Made by a program: the position numbers and the translations under genes. The notes beneath the pieces were generated by a model. That model was not told the origin of the DNA. It made no database searches and worked only from the letters and a program-made list of their open reading frames with translations. 64,000 bases of DNA from NCBI RefSeq assembly GCF_001194135.2, contig NC_068993.1, forward strand, positions 55,763,335 through 55,827,334, in the 5' to 3' direction. Every line of letters begins with the position of its first letter. Within the stretch, counting starts at the first letter, position 1. Source of the DNA: Octopus bimaculoides. Its lineage: Eukaryota. This document shows, in pieces, positions 50,463 through 64,000 of this stretch.

Positions 50463-51634
50463 CAATGATGAGGAGTAAGAAACATTTATGTTAGGGTGAT
50501 GGGGGTGTTGATAATGGTGGTGGTGGTGGTGGTAGTGGTGGTAATGATAATAGTGGTGATGATGATGAATGTAATGGTGTGAGTGATATTAATGATGGTG
50601 ATGGTGGTGATGGATGTGGATTGATGATGGTGATAGTGTTATGTTAATTAGCTCCAGGCCTGTTATGATTACATAGGCCTATAATCAAAACTGTTCTAAC
50701 CATGACCATCCCATCTTTTAATCAAACAGTGTATCTGAGACTACGTTCTTTTTTTTTTTTTTTTTTTTTTAATGCTAAAGTGTGATTTGAGAGATATTTA
50801 GCTGCTATTTCCAGTAGGTTAGATGACTGCTTAGAGACTCACTCATCGGTAATGGTGCTACTGCTTCCCTATACTTTGTTCTTCAGAACACCAACTGTTA
50901 AATTGATTAAGTTACTTATATATTTCATGTCAATCTCTCTCTCCCTTACCCTCTCATTAACTTCATTAGTTTTACTTTAATTATCGCAAATATCTTACCA
51001 CACAATGGCTTTCATCTCACTCTGTTTCTGTTACACACCACCTTCCTCCCCTACACAATTAATGGAATGAAGTTACATATACTCTATTCCGTATACTACG
51101 CATACACTTGACGTACCATACACATATACATACCTGCATATATACACATATCACACATACTATACTACACACACACAACACATATATCATACACACACTG
51201 TTCACACTCACTAAATAAATACACACACACCACACTCACCACCAAAGGGGCTTCTATGGGATTGCTTGGTATGCTAGAAATAGCAGCCAAATCTTAATCA
51301 CATACCACTGCCCTAGAAAAGGACAATGTGGTCCTGGGTTCCTGGCAGATACAAACACAAGAAGGTTGTCATGGCGAGGTGGTCTTTGATCATTGGTCAG
51401 TTCATTGAAGGCTGACCAGGGTTTAAATACTAAGAGCAATTATACCACACACATGCAAATGCATACATCAAATACCATACATCTACACAATACATTGCAC
51501 GCATAAACACTGCATCACACACGCATATAAACAACACACACACAATATGATGCACAATGTACACCACATGCAACACCACACCAATCACTGCATACTGTAA
51601 CATACACACATCACATGTTCACACTACTCATACA

Positions 51635-51670
<36 letters not shown>

Positions 51671-51882
51671 TACACGTGCAACAACAAAATTAATACAGCT
51701 TCAGTTTTTGTTTCTAATTAATTCTCATCCCAGCTGGAGTCATTTCACTTCATTTCACTAATTTCCACACGAGAGAGGCATAACTTCCATCACATCTCTC
51801 CTATCATCCTTATAGCTCTTCTACCATATACTGAGAAGTTGTGGGATCCCTACTTTTCTAGTGATCCACTTAGGTTTTACAA

Positions 51883-52281
51883 CATGGGTTCTCAACCTTT
51901 TTTTTTTACCTATAGACCCCTTTTACTCCTATTTTACTCAGGTGGATCCTCACAGCTATACCACATTAAAAAAAAGCCCTAATTTATATTTTAATTATTT
52001 ATTACTAGGAATTAGGAAATTATTAAAATATTTTGTGTATCACAGAAGTATAACCAAATTTATTGCACATAACTTAGCGGTTTGGCAAAAGAGGCTGATA
52101 AAATAAGTACCAGGCTAAAAAAAAAAATATGTAAGCCCTGGGGTTGATCCATTTGACTAAAGATGTCTTCTAAACAGTGCCCCAGCATGGCCACAATCTA
52201 ATGACTGAAATGAGGTAAAGAAAAACTAAAAGATAAATTTTAACAACAAAATCTTATACGGAGCCTGGTTGAAGACCATTG
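51883..52281. mobile_element. Second copy of the hAT MITE, interrupted by a 5'-truncated SINE (52071-52234)
   Basis: Shares body sequence (gaagtataaccaaatttattgcacat...aaattttaacaacaaaatc) with 11309-11543; ends catgggttctcaacc / ggttgaagaccattg. Confidence 0.75.
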
Positions 52282-52467
52282 GTTTAATAAAAAAGGGGTG
52301 ATTTGTTGTTATATTTATAGGAAAGATGGAGTGAGTTGGATTTGATCTCACTATCTCTTTGTTTGCTACAAAGGCAATGAATGAAGCTAATGTTACAAGG
52401 TTAAATTACAAAAATGTTGGGGGTTTCTAATTTAAGTTCAGATCTCACCAATGATAACTTTGTGTTT

Positions 52468-52680
52468 CATGGTGGTGGTAGCAGTGGTGGTGGTAGTAGT
52501 AGTGATGTTGGTGGCAGTGTTGATGGTGGTGGTGGTGGTGGTAGTAGTACTAGTAGTAGTAGTAGTAGAGGTGATAGTGATAATGTTGGTGATGTTGATG
52601 GTGGTACTGGTGTTGAGATAGTTGTGGTGGTGGTGATGATGATGTTGAAATGGTGCTTGTGATAATGTTGGTGGTAATGC
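52468..52680. repeat. Trinucleotide low-complexity tract (GGT/AGT/GAT)
   Basis: Direct inspection; similar tracts at 29040-29240, 35475-35700, 49009-49045, 50505-50640. Confidence 0.9.
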
Positions 52681-52974
52681 TGTTTAACCATGTGTAAATT
52701 CTGATTGAACAAACCTATAATCAAAGCTTTCCAGATGTGACCATCCTGTGTTTCTCTCAAGTACAGTGAACTCAGGACCATATTATCCGATGAGCTCTTC
52801 TTTTCTAAACTGGAAGTGTGTGATTTAAGAAATATTTGGCTGCTATTTATTGCAAGTCAAGTGACTACATTGCTGGTGGTATGGTGTGGTGGTAATTGTC
52901 AGTGATATTTGACAAATAGCATAAGATCCTGATAGGTGAAGTTCATAACTGTTTTAATTTTTTGGCTGTAGTCA

Positions 52975-53240
52975 TTCCATCTTGTCTACCCACTATCCCT
53001 GGAAAGGTTGTAATGGGATTAAATCATCAAGCACCTCCTTCATAGGGTCCTATCAAAAGCAACTGGCATTACACTTTCCGGCTGGACTCCCCCAAGCTTG
53101 ACCTACTGAGGTTATGGATTGGATATTATCCAACCGTCTCATTCTTAATCTACCCCTAGTCTACCCCCAAGGTCTCCTACTGGTTGGCTCAGCTTGGAGA
53201 ATCCATTTTGTTCTTCTTTCCTGCAACAATTCCAACCGCA
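52975..53240 (-). mobile_element. Probable RTE-type LINE 3' end remnant
   Basis: Minus strand PTSRRPWG*TRGRLRMRRLDNI resembles the G.RPRGRP..RW.D motif at the C-terminus of RTE-like ORFs. Confidence 0.5.
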
Positions 53241-53732
53241 TGTCAGTCATATCAAAGCTGTTACTTCTAAATGTGGAGAAGTAGTGGCTTAATCTGAAGA
53301 TTAATAATTCTATGCTATTTTGATATCAATAGAAACAACTAGATCTCTGTAACATTTTACATCTGCCTGTTGTTACCTATGTTATAGATACCTTGTAAAC
53401 TGTATCTCTGTAAATACTGTCAGTGGAACTTTTAGTGAATTCAAATCTGCTTCAAACTGACTTGCATCTAAGGTTGTTCTTTCTTCAGCTATATTCACTA
53501 ATAGTTACAATCATTGGTATTAACTGAAAGTCTCTAGTACCAACAGTTCCTAAGACTTCATGCACCTGAAATCATTGGTTGTTTATCGTTGCAAGATTTA
53601 AAACTATTGCGCTTTATTTTTCCAGAAAATTAAAAAATCTTTTACTCCAAACATTATTGACAACCATATTTGTGAAAATGCGTTGAGAGACGAGTATACC
53701 TGTTTAGATTACATCACAATATTGGGTTAGAT

Positions 53733-53908
53733 CAGGGGTCCCCAAACTTTCTAGACCATCAACCCCTTCATGGAATCCTTGACCCCAATCATGTACAAGA
53801 AAATAAATAAATAATAATAATAATTAAGTAAATGTGCATTTATTGACCCCCTTGAATAGTCCCATTGACCCCACTAGAGGTCAATATCAACCACTTTGGA
53901 GACCCCGG
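53733..53908. mobile_element. hAT-type MITE, 176 bp
   Basis: TIR CAGGGGTCCCCAAA / (rc) CCGGGGTCTCCAAA; 8-bp TSD ggttagat / ggttaaat. Confidence 0.8.
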
Positions 53909-54439
53909 GGTTAAATAAAACAGGAACTTCACAAAAAAAAAATATCTAAATTTTTATAACTTGTTTGTAAATATAATATGACACAGAATAATGATAAATG
54001 TAAGTTTTTAATTGTGAAGGCATGTCGCCTAACGGTTAGGGTGTTTCTCTCACAATTGTAAGATTGTGGTTTCAATTCCTGGACTGGGTGGTGCACTCTG
54101 TTCTTGAGCAAGAGACACATTATTTCATATTGTCCCAGTTGTAAATGAGGACCAGCAATAGTTGGGAAGTTAACCTTGTGATGAATCGATGTTCTGTTCG
54201 GGGAGGAGAGTTATTATCTCAGTCACTTATAAACCATGGGAACCATGCTATACTCTGGCCTTAGGACCCCTAAGGATCATTACAAACCAAAGACCCTAAG
54301 TTTTTAATAGAATTGTATGAAATTAGTCATTATGTATTGCATCTTATCACTTCATATTTAGTTCTTCTTAAAGAAATGTTTGTGCCTACTAATAAGCATA
54401 TCTTGTATTATGGGTGTGTTTGCTTGTTACTCCTGATGG

Positions 54440-55120
54440 GTTCTTTGCTTCTCTGAAAAAAACCTCCAAAATACCTCTAATTGATGCTGCGATTTTGCTC
54501 TCAGAGGAAGCTGTAATGACAACAATGACTTTAAAAACAGCTACTAGACAGTCTTTCAAGGCTTAAGTTGATAAACATATGTCATTTACTGTCAAAACAG
54601 ACACTAAATAGTAGGCCTGTAGTGTAGCATTTGTCTTTTAATAATAAAACCCTGATTGTTGTTGAGAAAAATCATTGTGCAGTTGATGAAGGCTTATGCA
54701 ATAATTGAGGCTGTCAAAAAGTGGCACTGTTTTTCTTTTAGGCAAATGATTTACCATTGTAACTGATCTGAAATCCATAGCTTGTGTGTTCAATCAAAAA
54801 TTAAAATTAAAAAGTGATAAAGTATGAAACCAGTAATTAGAAATTTTATTCTGTGACATTGTCCTTGATTTGGATCTGTTAATGCTGTTATGGGTGCACT
54901 ATTGTGTAATGTTTGTGGTGCTGCTTTGCATAATAATCATTTAGAACTCCACACATCTCTCTGCTATCTTGGTACTACAAGGTCGACACATTTTGTTAGA
55001 GTCCAAAATCTTATGTATTCAGTGGGTGACTTAACACCCATTGTTTCTGGATGCCATATATACCAAAAGTTAAAGCAACGGTCAAACTAATGAACCTTCT
55101 ACACACTTGCATTAGAAGAC
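54440..55120 (+). pseudogene. Decayed Gypsy/Ty3 LTR-retrotransposon pol fragment (RNase H and integrase Zn-binding region)
   Basis: SFTVKTD; AYAIIEAVKKWHCFSLGK*FTIVTDLKSIACVF..KLKSDKV; then LELHTSLCYLGTTRSTHFVRVQNLMYSV (ORF 54890-55090). Confidence 0.8.
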
Positions 55121-57104
55121 AATTAGAAGATTGAGAAAATATTCTAAGATATTCTTCTCACTTGATAATTTGTAATGTTCTAAAAATAATGGTTGTGATT
55201 TGTACATTTTCTTTTAAGGATGTGGTAATTTCAAGCAATAATAATAGTAATAATAATAATAACCCTTTTTACTGAAGACACAAGGCCTTGAAATTTTGGG
55301 GGAGGGGACCAGTTGATTACATCGACCTCAGTGGAGTTTGAACTCAGATTGTTAAGACGGGTGAAATGCTGCTAAATATTTTGCCTAGTGTGCTTATGAT
55401 TCTGCCAGCTCACCGTCTTAATGATGATGATAATAATAATAATAATAATGATGATAATATGATTGAATCTCCACAAGAGTCTGCAATTGGTGTTTGTCAT
55501 TGCAGTAAAGTGCTTTATAAACTGCTACCTTTGGACTGTCTTGCCTTAGATTGACTTAACTCCTGAGATATTCTTGCTTTAGTTACCTAAACACATTTCC
55601 CCTCCTCTAATTTCTTATAGCTTTGTGTGTATATCAAATAGTGTATCTTCATTATCGGGCAGTTATAGAAAATTGTTTTGGATGTTTCAGGACCTGTCTG
55701 TTCTGGCTTTAAATCACAATGGATTTTATTTGGTTTATTTATTTCAAAACCTTGCTATTCTAGGTTCAATTCATGATAGGGTTGATTTGGTATAACCGTT
55801 TCAGGACCTTACTGTTCTGGGTTCAAATCCTGCCTTAAATATAAATCCATACCAGTGTTATGTGATCCACTCAGATGATTCATGGTCTGCTACTGAAAAA
55901 AGTGACCTTGTGACTAATTATTAGTTTTGTCATTCTTAGTTCATTCCACTAAATTCAACATAGATTTTCATTCCTCTGGGGTTGACAAAATTACCTGTCA
56001 TGACCTGGATTTGATTCAGTTGACATCACCATTTCTTGAATTTAGTTATTTTGTGCCAGTGGTGGAAACAATTATTATCAAACTCATTTACATTGTTGAA
56101 GTTGTTGCGTAACCCCAATCAAATAAATCTATAACATTGTTGATGATATTGTGTTGCTCTGACCAAAATACCTTTTGTGTAGGTGTAGTGTTGTTGCCAT
56201 TGTAGCATAACCCTGATGATAATAAAACCAGAAGTACTCAAAGAGCACAAACCTCTGCCAAGGTAGCACCGATGTCCTCTCAACGATTAGCTGGAGATGA
56301 TTTTTAAAATGAGAATATCTGAAATAAACTCGACTGCTCTCGCTTCATTTCATGTTGCTCCAGTCCACTCAGCTGGCAAAAAGGGGTAATCCTGCGACAG
56401 ACTGGCGTCCCATCCAGGTGGGACATTTATATGCCATAGAAACCGGGAAACTGGCCCTTATGAGTCAGCACGAGAGACTTTTCAGTGGACAGATAAGCTC
56501 AGATTTCAGGACTGTCGGCAATGGAGTAGAGTAAAATAGAACCAGTGGAGTGAGGACAATTGCTGTTTTTCTACACTTGTCCCTGATGGTTTGAGTCCCA
56601 GGGTGGAAGGTACATAAATGGCTTCAGATTTAGAAGATTCTACTAAATATCCAACCATCTTTTCTTTGACATTCTCACTTGAAATTACTGGAGAAGGTAT
56701 TTTTGAAAAAAAAAAAAAAAAAAATCTGTAGTATACTGACCAAATTCATCATCATCATCATCATCATTGTTGTTGTTCTGTTGCCTCACCAAAAATGGTT
56801 TGGCGGTAGGAGTGGGGAGGCTCTTCAACATTTTTGAAAATGAAAGTTCCATATAATAAAACCAGTGTTGGTTTTGTAAGGAGTGTCTCCTTTGGTATTT
56901 TCATTTCTACTTGACTTTCTAACATCATCCATATTTGTATGCGTTTGTTCTACTTACATGCATTATGATAACGTGTGTGCATATGCACATACATACACAC
57001 ATCTTACTTGTACAAACGTTCAAATTTGAAGAAGCTATCCCACTTTTATTCTCTAGTAAAAAGAAATGGGCCTAAAATTGAATGCATATATATATACCCT
57101 CTGG

Positions 57105-57107
57105 CAT

Positions 57108-57138
<31 letters not shown>

Positions 57139-57178
57139 GCTGGATGTGCGTAGCTATATATATGTATGTGTATAGATG

Positions 57179-57211
<33 letters not shown>

Positions 57212-57294
57212 ATATGTATATATGTGTGTGTGTGTGTGTATATGTATATATGTGTGTGTGTGTGTATAGGTGTATATATATGTGTGTGTGTATA

Positions 57295-57341
<47 letters not shown>

Positions 57342-57520
57342 ATATGTATATATGTGTGTGTGTGTGTATATGTATATATGTGTGTGTGTATGTATATATA
57401 TATATATGTGTGTGTGTGTATGTATATATATATATATATGTGTATATGTGTGTGTGTGTATGCATGTATATATATATATCTATATATATATATATATATA
57501 TATAGATATAGATATATAGG
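57105..57520. repeat. Compound (TG)n/(TA)n microsatellite block
   Basis: Direct inspection. Similar blocks at 33373-33560 and 21597-21785; simple arrays at 2371-2410 (GT), 6738-6770 (CA), 14907-14952 (GT), 17671-17703 (TA), 33004-33066 (CT), 45167-45198 (GA). Confidence 0.95.
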
Positions 57521-57838
57521 GCAGGGAATCATCAATTAGTAATAAAATTAATAATTAACAATTTTGCCGGGTAGCTCAGAAGCAGGCTACTGCTAATCCC
57601 TGTATATTTATGATTATNNNNNNNNNNNNNNNNNNNNNNNNNNNNNNNNNNNNNNNNNNNNNNNNNNNNNNNNNNNNNNNNNNNNNNNNNNNNNNNNNNN
57701 NNNNNNNNNNNNNNNNNNNNNNNNNNNNNNNNNNNNNNNNNNNNNNNNNNNNNNNNNNNNNNNNNNNNNNNNNNNNNNNNNNNNNNNNNNNNNNNNNNNN
57801 NNNNNNNNNNNNNNNNNNNNNNNNNNNNNNNNNNNNNN

Positions 57839-57876
<38 letters not shown>

Positions 57877-58440
57877 GTGTGTGTGAGTGAGTGAGAGAGA
57901 GAGAGAGAGAGAGCATATAAGGAATTATGCTAACTATTATAGCTATTTTTTTTATATATGTGAATGTTTCAGAATGGTATTTATTTGGAATTTGAACTAA
58001 ATGGTATAGCTGTTTCTCATATTTAACATTATAACCATTTATCGTATATTTGGTGATGTAATATGATTAGGCTGGATGGCTAAAAATGTATTGCGAGTTG
58101 ATAGTGATGGCGTTTACATTATTTTGTCTATGGCTGTTATTATATAACTCCCAGGTCAGACCTGATTGAGTGGACCCGTGATCAAAGGCATTCCACTGAT
58201 AATCATTCCTTTTTTAGATATCATGTGCCTCACCCTTGGGCTATATTATCCAATCTGCCTTTGAATGACTGTTGGGTGTAATTTGAAGGAGATTCAACTG
58301 CTATTTCTAGCAGGTTTAGTAACTATATAGAAGCTCCTCTTGATTCTCTTATGATTTAGGCAGGAGGGTGAGGGCAGGGTCCATGGCCGTTACAAACCCA
58401 TTGTTCAGATAGACATATTCAGTAGAGTTTNNNNNNNNNN

Positions 58441-58673
58441 TGGACACATTTGATTCTTATTTTACTCTACTGGTCCCTCATAGCCATTCAGTACTTTAAA
58501 GAAATCCTGCTATATTTTTATAATTAAATGTTATTAGGAATTGCATGAAAAAAACTTGTTAAAATACTTTATGCATTGCAGAAGTATAACCAATTTATTG
58601 CACAAAAATTTTAACAACAAAACCTTATATCGACCCCCTAAAGGTCATATGGATCCCTGGTTGAGAACTACTG
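58441..58673. mobile_element. Third copy of the hAT MITE (left end at a gap)
   Basis: Same body; right end ggttgagaactactg. Confidence 0.7.
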
Positions 58674-59490
58674 AGTTAAACCAAGGAGAAGATGATAGCT
58701 GATAGCTGACGCTTAGTCATTTTCTCTCTATTCACTGACCATGTCTCCTTAACATAATACACTATTACACATCTTACATACACCCCTTACAATTGTCAAC
58801 ATCCACTGCCCTATGTTCAGTGCCATGCAGTATTGGATATCTTACACTCTTTTCCTTATTAATTCCCTTACTCACTACCATCTACCATCATGCATACACT
58901 ACGTTTAACCCTCTACATTCAGCGACCATATTTTATTGCTGTACAGTGTCGCATATCATATACACACCATATAATCGTTCACATTCACTGTTCTTGTTTC
59001 ACTACTATATACACTTATGTAACTTATAGCTCTCTACATCTGCTTTTTTTTTTCTTACCATACACCACCACACATGGTTTGCTAATTTTACTGACCAAGT
59101 TTCATTATGGTACACTTTCACACATCTTATACACATCACATAGTCTTGTATTTACTCTTCATGATTCACTTCTCACATATACTTTGAGTGTATATGTGTC
59201 TGTGTGTGTGTGTGTGAAAATTGAGGGTTTGAGCCATTTATCTTTTATTTGTTCCAGTCATTAGACTGCAGCCATGCTGGGGCACCGCCTTGAAGAATCT
59301 TTAGTACTTATCATTTTCTTTTTAAGCCTGATGTTTATTCTATCGGTCTATTTTGTCAAACCACTAAGTTATAGGGACGTAAAAGCACCAACACCAGTTG
59401 GTAGACATAAAGACACACATACACATATACAACGGGCTTCTTTCAGATACTTGCTTGGGTAGCAAAATTCTTACCACACACCCATGCCCA

Positions 59491-59530
<40 letters not shown>

Positions 59531-60068
59531 NNNNNNNNNNNNNNNNNNNNNNNNNNNNNNNNNNNNNNNNNNNNNNNNNNNNNNNNNNNNNNNNNNNNNN
59601 NNNNNNNNNNNNNNNNNNNNNNNNNNNNNNNNNNNNNNNNNNNNNNNNNNNNNNNNNNNNNNNNNNNNNNNNNNNNNNNNNNNNNNNNNNNNNNNNNNNN
59701 NNNNNNNNNNNNNNNNNNNNNNNNNNNNNNNNNNNNNNNNNNNNNNNNNNNNNNNNNNNNNNNNNNNNNNNNNNNNNNNNNNNNNNNNNNNNNNNNNNNN
59801 NNNNNNNNNNNNATATATATATATATATATATATATATATTCTTGTTTCAGTGATTTAACTTTGGCCATGTTGGAGCACCACCTTGAAGGGTTTTAGTTA
59901 AAAATTGACCCCAGGACTTTTTTAAAGCCTAGTACTTATTCTATTGGTCTCTTTTGCCAAACTGTTAAGTTACAGGAATGTAAACACACCAATACTGCTT
60001 GTGAAGTGGTGATGGAGGTGGCGGTAAACACACACACACACACACACACACTTAGATATACATATACA

Positions 60069-60117
<49 letters not shown>

Positions 60118-61229
60118 GATGGGCTTCTTTCAGGTTCCATCTACTAAATTCACTCACAAGGCTTTGGTCAGTTTGAGGCTATAGAAGACACATGCCCAAG
60201 GTGCCATGCAGTGGGACTGAACCTGGAACCATGTGGTTGGGCAGCAAGCTTCTTTCCACACAGCCATGCCTGTACCTACGTGTGAGTGTGTGTGAATGTG
60301 TTTCTTCCTTTCTTGGGCCCTCAACACCTAATGGAGTTATATGGGTACTTTAGTTTTGTTTTGGGGTATTTAAAATCCAGTGCAACTCCAGCCTTACTAG
60401 GTTTGAACACAGCCAATTTCTTTGAGAGAGGGAGAGAGAGAAAAGAATCAACCCCAGTATTGAACTTATACCTTGCCCTCCCCACCTCCAAGGATAAAGG
60501 CAAAGCTGACCTTGGCAGGACTCAAACTTAAACCACTTAGAGCTAAAACAAATGCCACAGGACATTCTATTCAATGCTCTCACAACTTTACCAACTATAA
60601 AAGACAAACTAATAGAAACTGAACCATCACATGCTGGGAGACCATTGATTATGCTGGGTAATTCAAAATGAACAACATCATTTTTGAAATATATTCATTA
60701 CTACACTCACCGGGTTTTCTTTTTGTACTATTCATTTTGAATTACAGTTTTATAGCCCATCTCTCGTTATATATGTATATATACACATATGAATATACCA
60801 TGTGCTGTTGTAAAATTCTTAAGTGGACCAAGTTCATGGCTACATTTAATTCTATATAAAAGTCAATTTTACTGGGACTTTTACTGTCTTGAGGGAGCAC
60901 ATTATCACCAAGACTGCATCTTTATGCTAAATAATCTTATATACACAGCTATTGTCATCATCATTATTTAACATCCATGATGATAGCTGTATATCTAAAC
61001 TATGTATAGCATAGTTTGAGGTAATAGGTCTGAAGTGTACATTTTGCTCCAAGTTCATTCACCTTTGTGTGGCTGTTGGTCTCTTTCAGTTAATGCCAAA
61101 CCTATGATTTAGCCAACATGGATGGAGTAAAGTATTCCTAGTCTGTATTATATTTTTGAGTGTATATATAAATATATACATACACTGCAAATTGCCATGT
61201 ATAATATATTACATCTCTGTCTGAAGAAA

Positions 61230-61260
<31 letters not shown>

Positions 61261-64000
61261 CTACAGTGCAGGCATAATTAAGTTAGGAAGTTTACCTTGC
61301 TATCACTAGGTCTTTGGTTCAGTCCCAGTGTGTGATATCTTGACCTTTATATATCTTGAATATACAGAAACTGTGTGGAAGTTCATTGAATGGATTGCAC
61401 ATGTAATTCAATGGGCTACTTTTGTCTGAGGATTATATTGAAAGTACACATGCCTGTGGAATACTCAGCTGTTTAGTGTCACAATACTATGAGTAAGTAG
61501 TCTGGTAGTTTGGTTGATTGAACAGCTGGTATAGTCACCATGGAAACTGACGAAAGACACATCTACCTTTATTTTTACACTCATCTAAACATACTAAATC
61601 ACATATACTTGATTTTCTGGCATATAAGACATGTCTTTTGTATTTTTAAATGTATCAAAAAATTTTCCTGTCTAATGTGGCTGTATTATGGACCAAAGAC
61701 CAAGTGCCATAGACTAGAGAGGTGGATAAGCATAATCCTATTAGGCCCCATAATAGTTATTAATGATAAAGTATCAATAACAAGCCAAATTATCAGTCAG
61801 AATCAACTTAGTAAAAATTGATTACAGTATACTGGGAGTTATGTAGGAAGGTGACACTTTCTCACATCTCCTTCCTCATGTACCATGACTTGTATTATTC
61901 AATATGTTTATTACCTTTAAGAAACATTTTTTAAAAATTATCTAAATGAAAAATTCTCCTAGAAAGATGAAAGGGAAGTTAAATTTTCATTTACTTGCAT
62001 TAAGTGGGAGAAAACAAAAACCGTAGCAGTAATGCACCATCCAGGTACCAGATTGAATTAACACAAAACATCACACCTGAAATATGAGTTTTACACCCTA
62101 CATGGCAATTCTCCTACACAGTTAATCTTAAAGAAAATAAAGCTGTAATACACTACTCCTAAAATATATATTTATAATAAGTTTAAAATTTCATACTTTG
62201 CTTGTGTACTACCACATATACTCATTTGGCATAAATAGAATAATACACTTCCTCCTAGAAAACAAGTGTATGATGATGTATACTAAATTTGTTTTGTTTC
62301 CACAAAATATACTTGTGTAATAGGAGTGTCTTCTTTGCCAACAAAATTCAGTATCTACATACATGTTACTGTGTAGTGCCAGGTTAACCCTATAATCAAA
62401 AGCCTTCCAGCTGTAGTCATCCTGTTGTTTCTTTTTCTTATGTATAGTGCATCTAAGGATATCCCAATGTATTCTTTCTTTTTAAGATGGTGGTAGGATA
62501 TCATTTGAGGGAGATTTGGCTGCTATCTCTGGCAGATTGGATGACCAAGCAGGTATATGTTAAGTCAGAATGTTTATGCTAAGATCTTGAACAGCGAATG
62601 ATAGTATCAGTAAAGTATTGAATATCTTGTGGTTATTTGGTCATGTTCCTGTGTTTGAATCCCACCCATAGAGACTCTGACTCATTCTTCTGAGGGTTAT
62701 AAATACCAGTTAAGTAATGAGGTTAATATCATTTATGATACTCTTGAAGGTGATGCTGTGTATTATGAGACCGAGTTACACACATATATATACAGGGTTA
62801 TAGGACTACTTAGTTGTTGATTGGTATTTGGTTAATCCAGTAGGTTGAGGAAACTCCTTAGACTCATCAATGACAATACTTCTACTAAAGGATTATTTCA
62901 TCACAACACACTATGTCCGGTATATCTTCAGCTCTGATGTTGACAGTTGGTGAAGTGTTGCAATGACAATGTAGACTAATTTCCTAATTCATTTTCTCTC
63001 TCTCTCCCCAACACTTTTGATACATGTTTCCTATTATTTGCTGAGGGTTCTTCAGGTCACCCTAACATCGGCATCCAGTTAGATTTGTTCCACTTACCTC
63101 TTACATAACTGTTCATTCTCCAATAAACACTTTTATGTACATAAGCAAAAATACAACTTTCATGTTTTTTCCCCAGTTTCACAAATTAAGAATTTCTGAT
63201 GTAAATTATGAAGGATATGCTATACCTGTTTAACTGTTGTTGCTTACCTGCCAATAACACATACACTTGTCTGTCTCTTTCCTACTTCGTGGAAAATACA
63301 ATATTTTACTTTTGCTCATCGAACCAGAAGGAACTGAGTCTCCATTTTAATGATATTTTTAGGGTGAAAATACATCTTTTCATTATTCCGGATAGATATT
63401 TCCTTCCATAGACTGTCTCCTCATTAGCCTCTAAGCATCTTCCTCTTCAGAACATTGCATTACAGTCATCCATTAGCTTTTTCTCGGGCCTAAATGCCCT
63501 CTCTCAGTCCGTTGATTTTTGCATTTGCAGAGGTCATCAGCAGGTATCATTCATAGAATGTCTTGGATAATAATTCTACTTCTGTTGCCATCCATTTTCT
63601 TCTGCCAGTAGCCTGTGAGTCTAGCATTGAGGGTGAGGAAAATACTTCTTTTAGTCATACAGAATCCCTGACTGCTTATGCCAGTGAACTGTATCTGTCT
63701 CCCTACATTTTCAAGTCATTGGACCTGGCTGCTGAGGATTCAGTATAAGGTTAGTGATAGGATAACATAGTGTCGACCATTATGTTAGTGCCAGCCTCGC
63801 CAGTCTACAAATACTTCTCTAATTTTTGCAAGATCAACTAAGATTTTCAATTAACATCATTTATAGAATAACTTTCACTTGGGAGGGAAAATATAGACAG
63901 ACATGGTGGCAAGAAAACATATTTTCTTATAAAAACCTATTTAGGTCAAATGAATAATATTAAGTTTCTCTGGTGTTATATAAATTGTGGCTAAGTAAGA

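Noticed and set aside
57566-57605. gccgggtagctcag resembling a tRNA 5' end
   Set aside because: No anticodon arm, T-loop or matching acceptor stem follows.
62850-63760. Possible LINE or piggyBac remnant on the minus strand (SIVIDES, CIFTLK)
   Set aside because: The fragments point to different element classes and cannot be assigned without a search.

Overview
AT-rich eukaryotic genomic DNA from a draft assembly with 12 N-gaps, most of them beside microsatellites. The repeat landscape looks octopod (genus Octopus; inferred, not confirmed). The window holds 12 consecutive internal coding exons of a mind bomb 1 (mib1) E3 ubiquitin ligase gene on the + strand (5286-32692). They total 1621 nt (about 540 aa), all have GT-AG boundaries with consistent phases, and they encode the ZZ finger, second MIB/HERC2 domain, two MIB/SH3-like repeats and the first ankyrin repeats. 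The first coding exon was not found and presumably lies upstream of the window. No further exon was recognised in the last 31 kb, so that stretch is probably one long intron. The introns are filled with tRNA-headed SINE families, a (GAT)n-tailed element carrying variable tandem arrays, hAT- and TTAA-type MITEs with intact TSDs, and decayed mariner, Gypsy, Tx1/L1-like and probable RTE fragments. No prokaryotic-type system such as CRISPR or an operon is present. The most notable observations are: a minisatellite seeded from a splice donor that creates decoy donors; two intronic fold-backs whose mismatches are all G:U-compatible on the mib1 sense strand; nested transposon insertions with resolvable junctions; frame-preserving alternative splice candidates; and intron positions that differ from human MIB1 as recalled.
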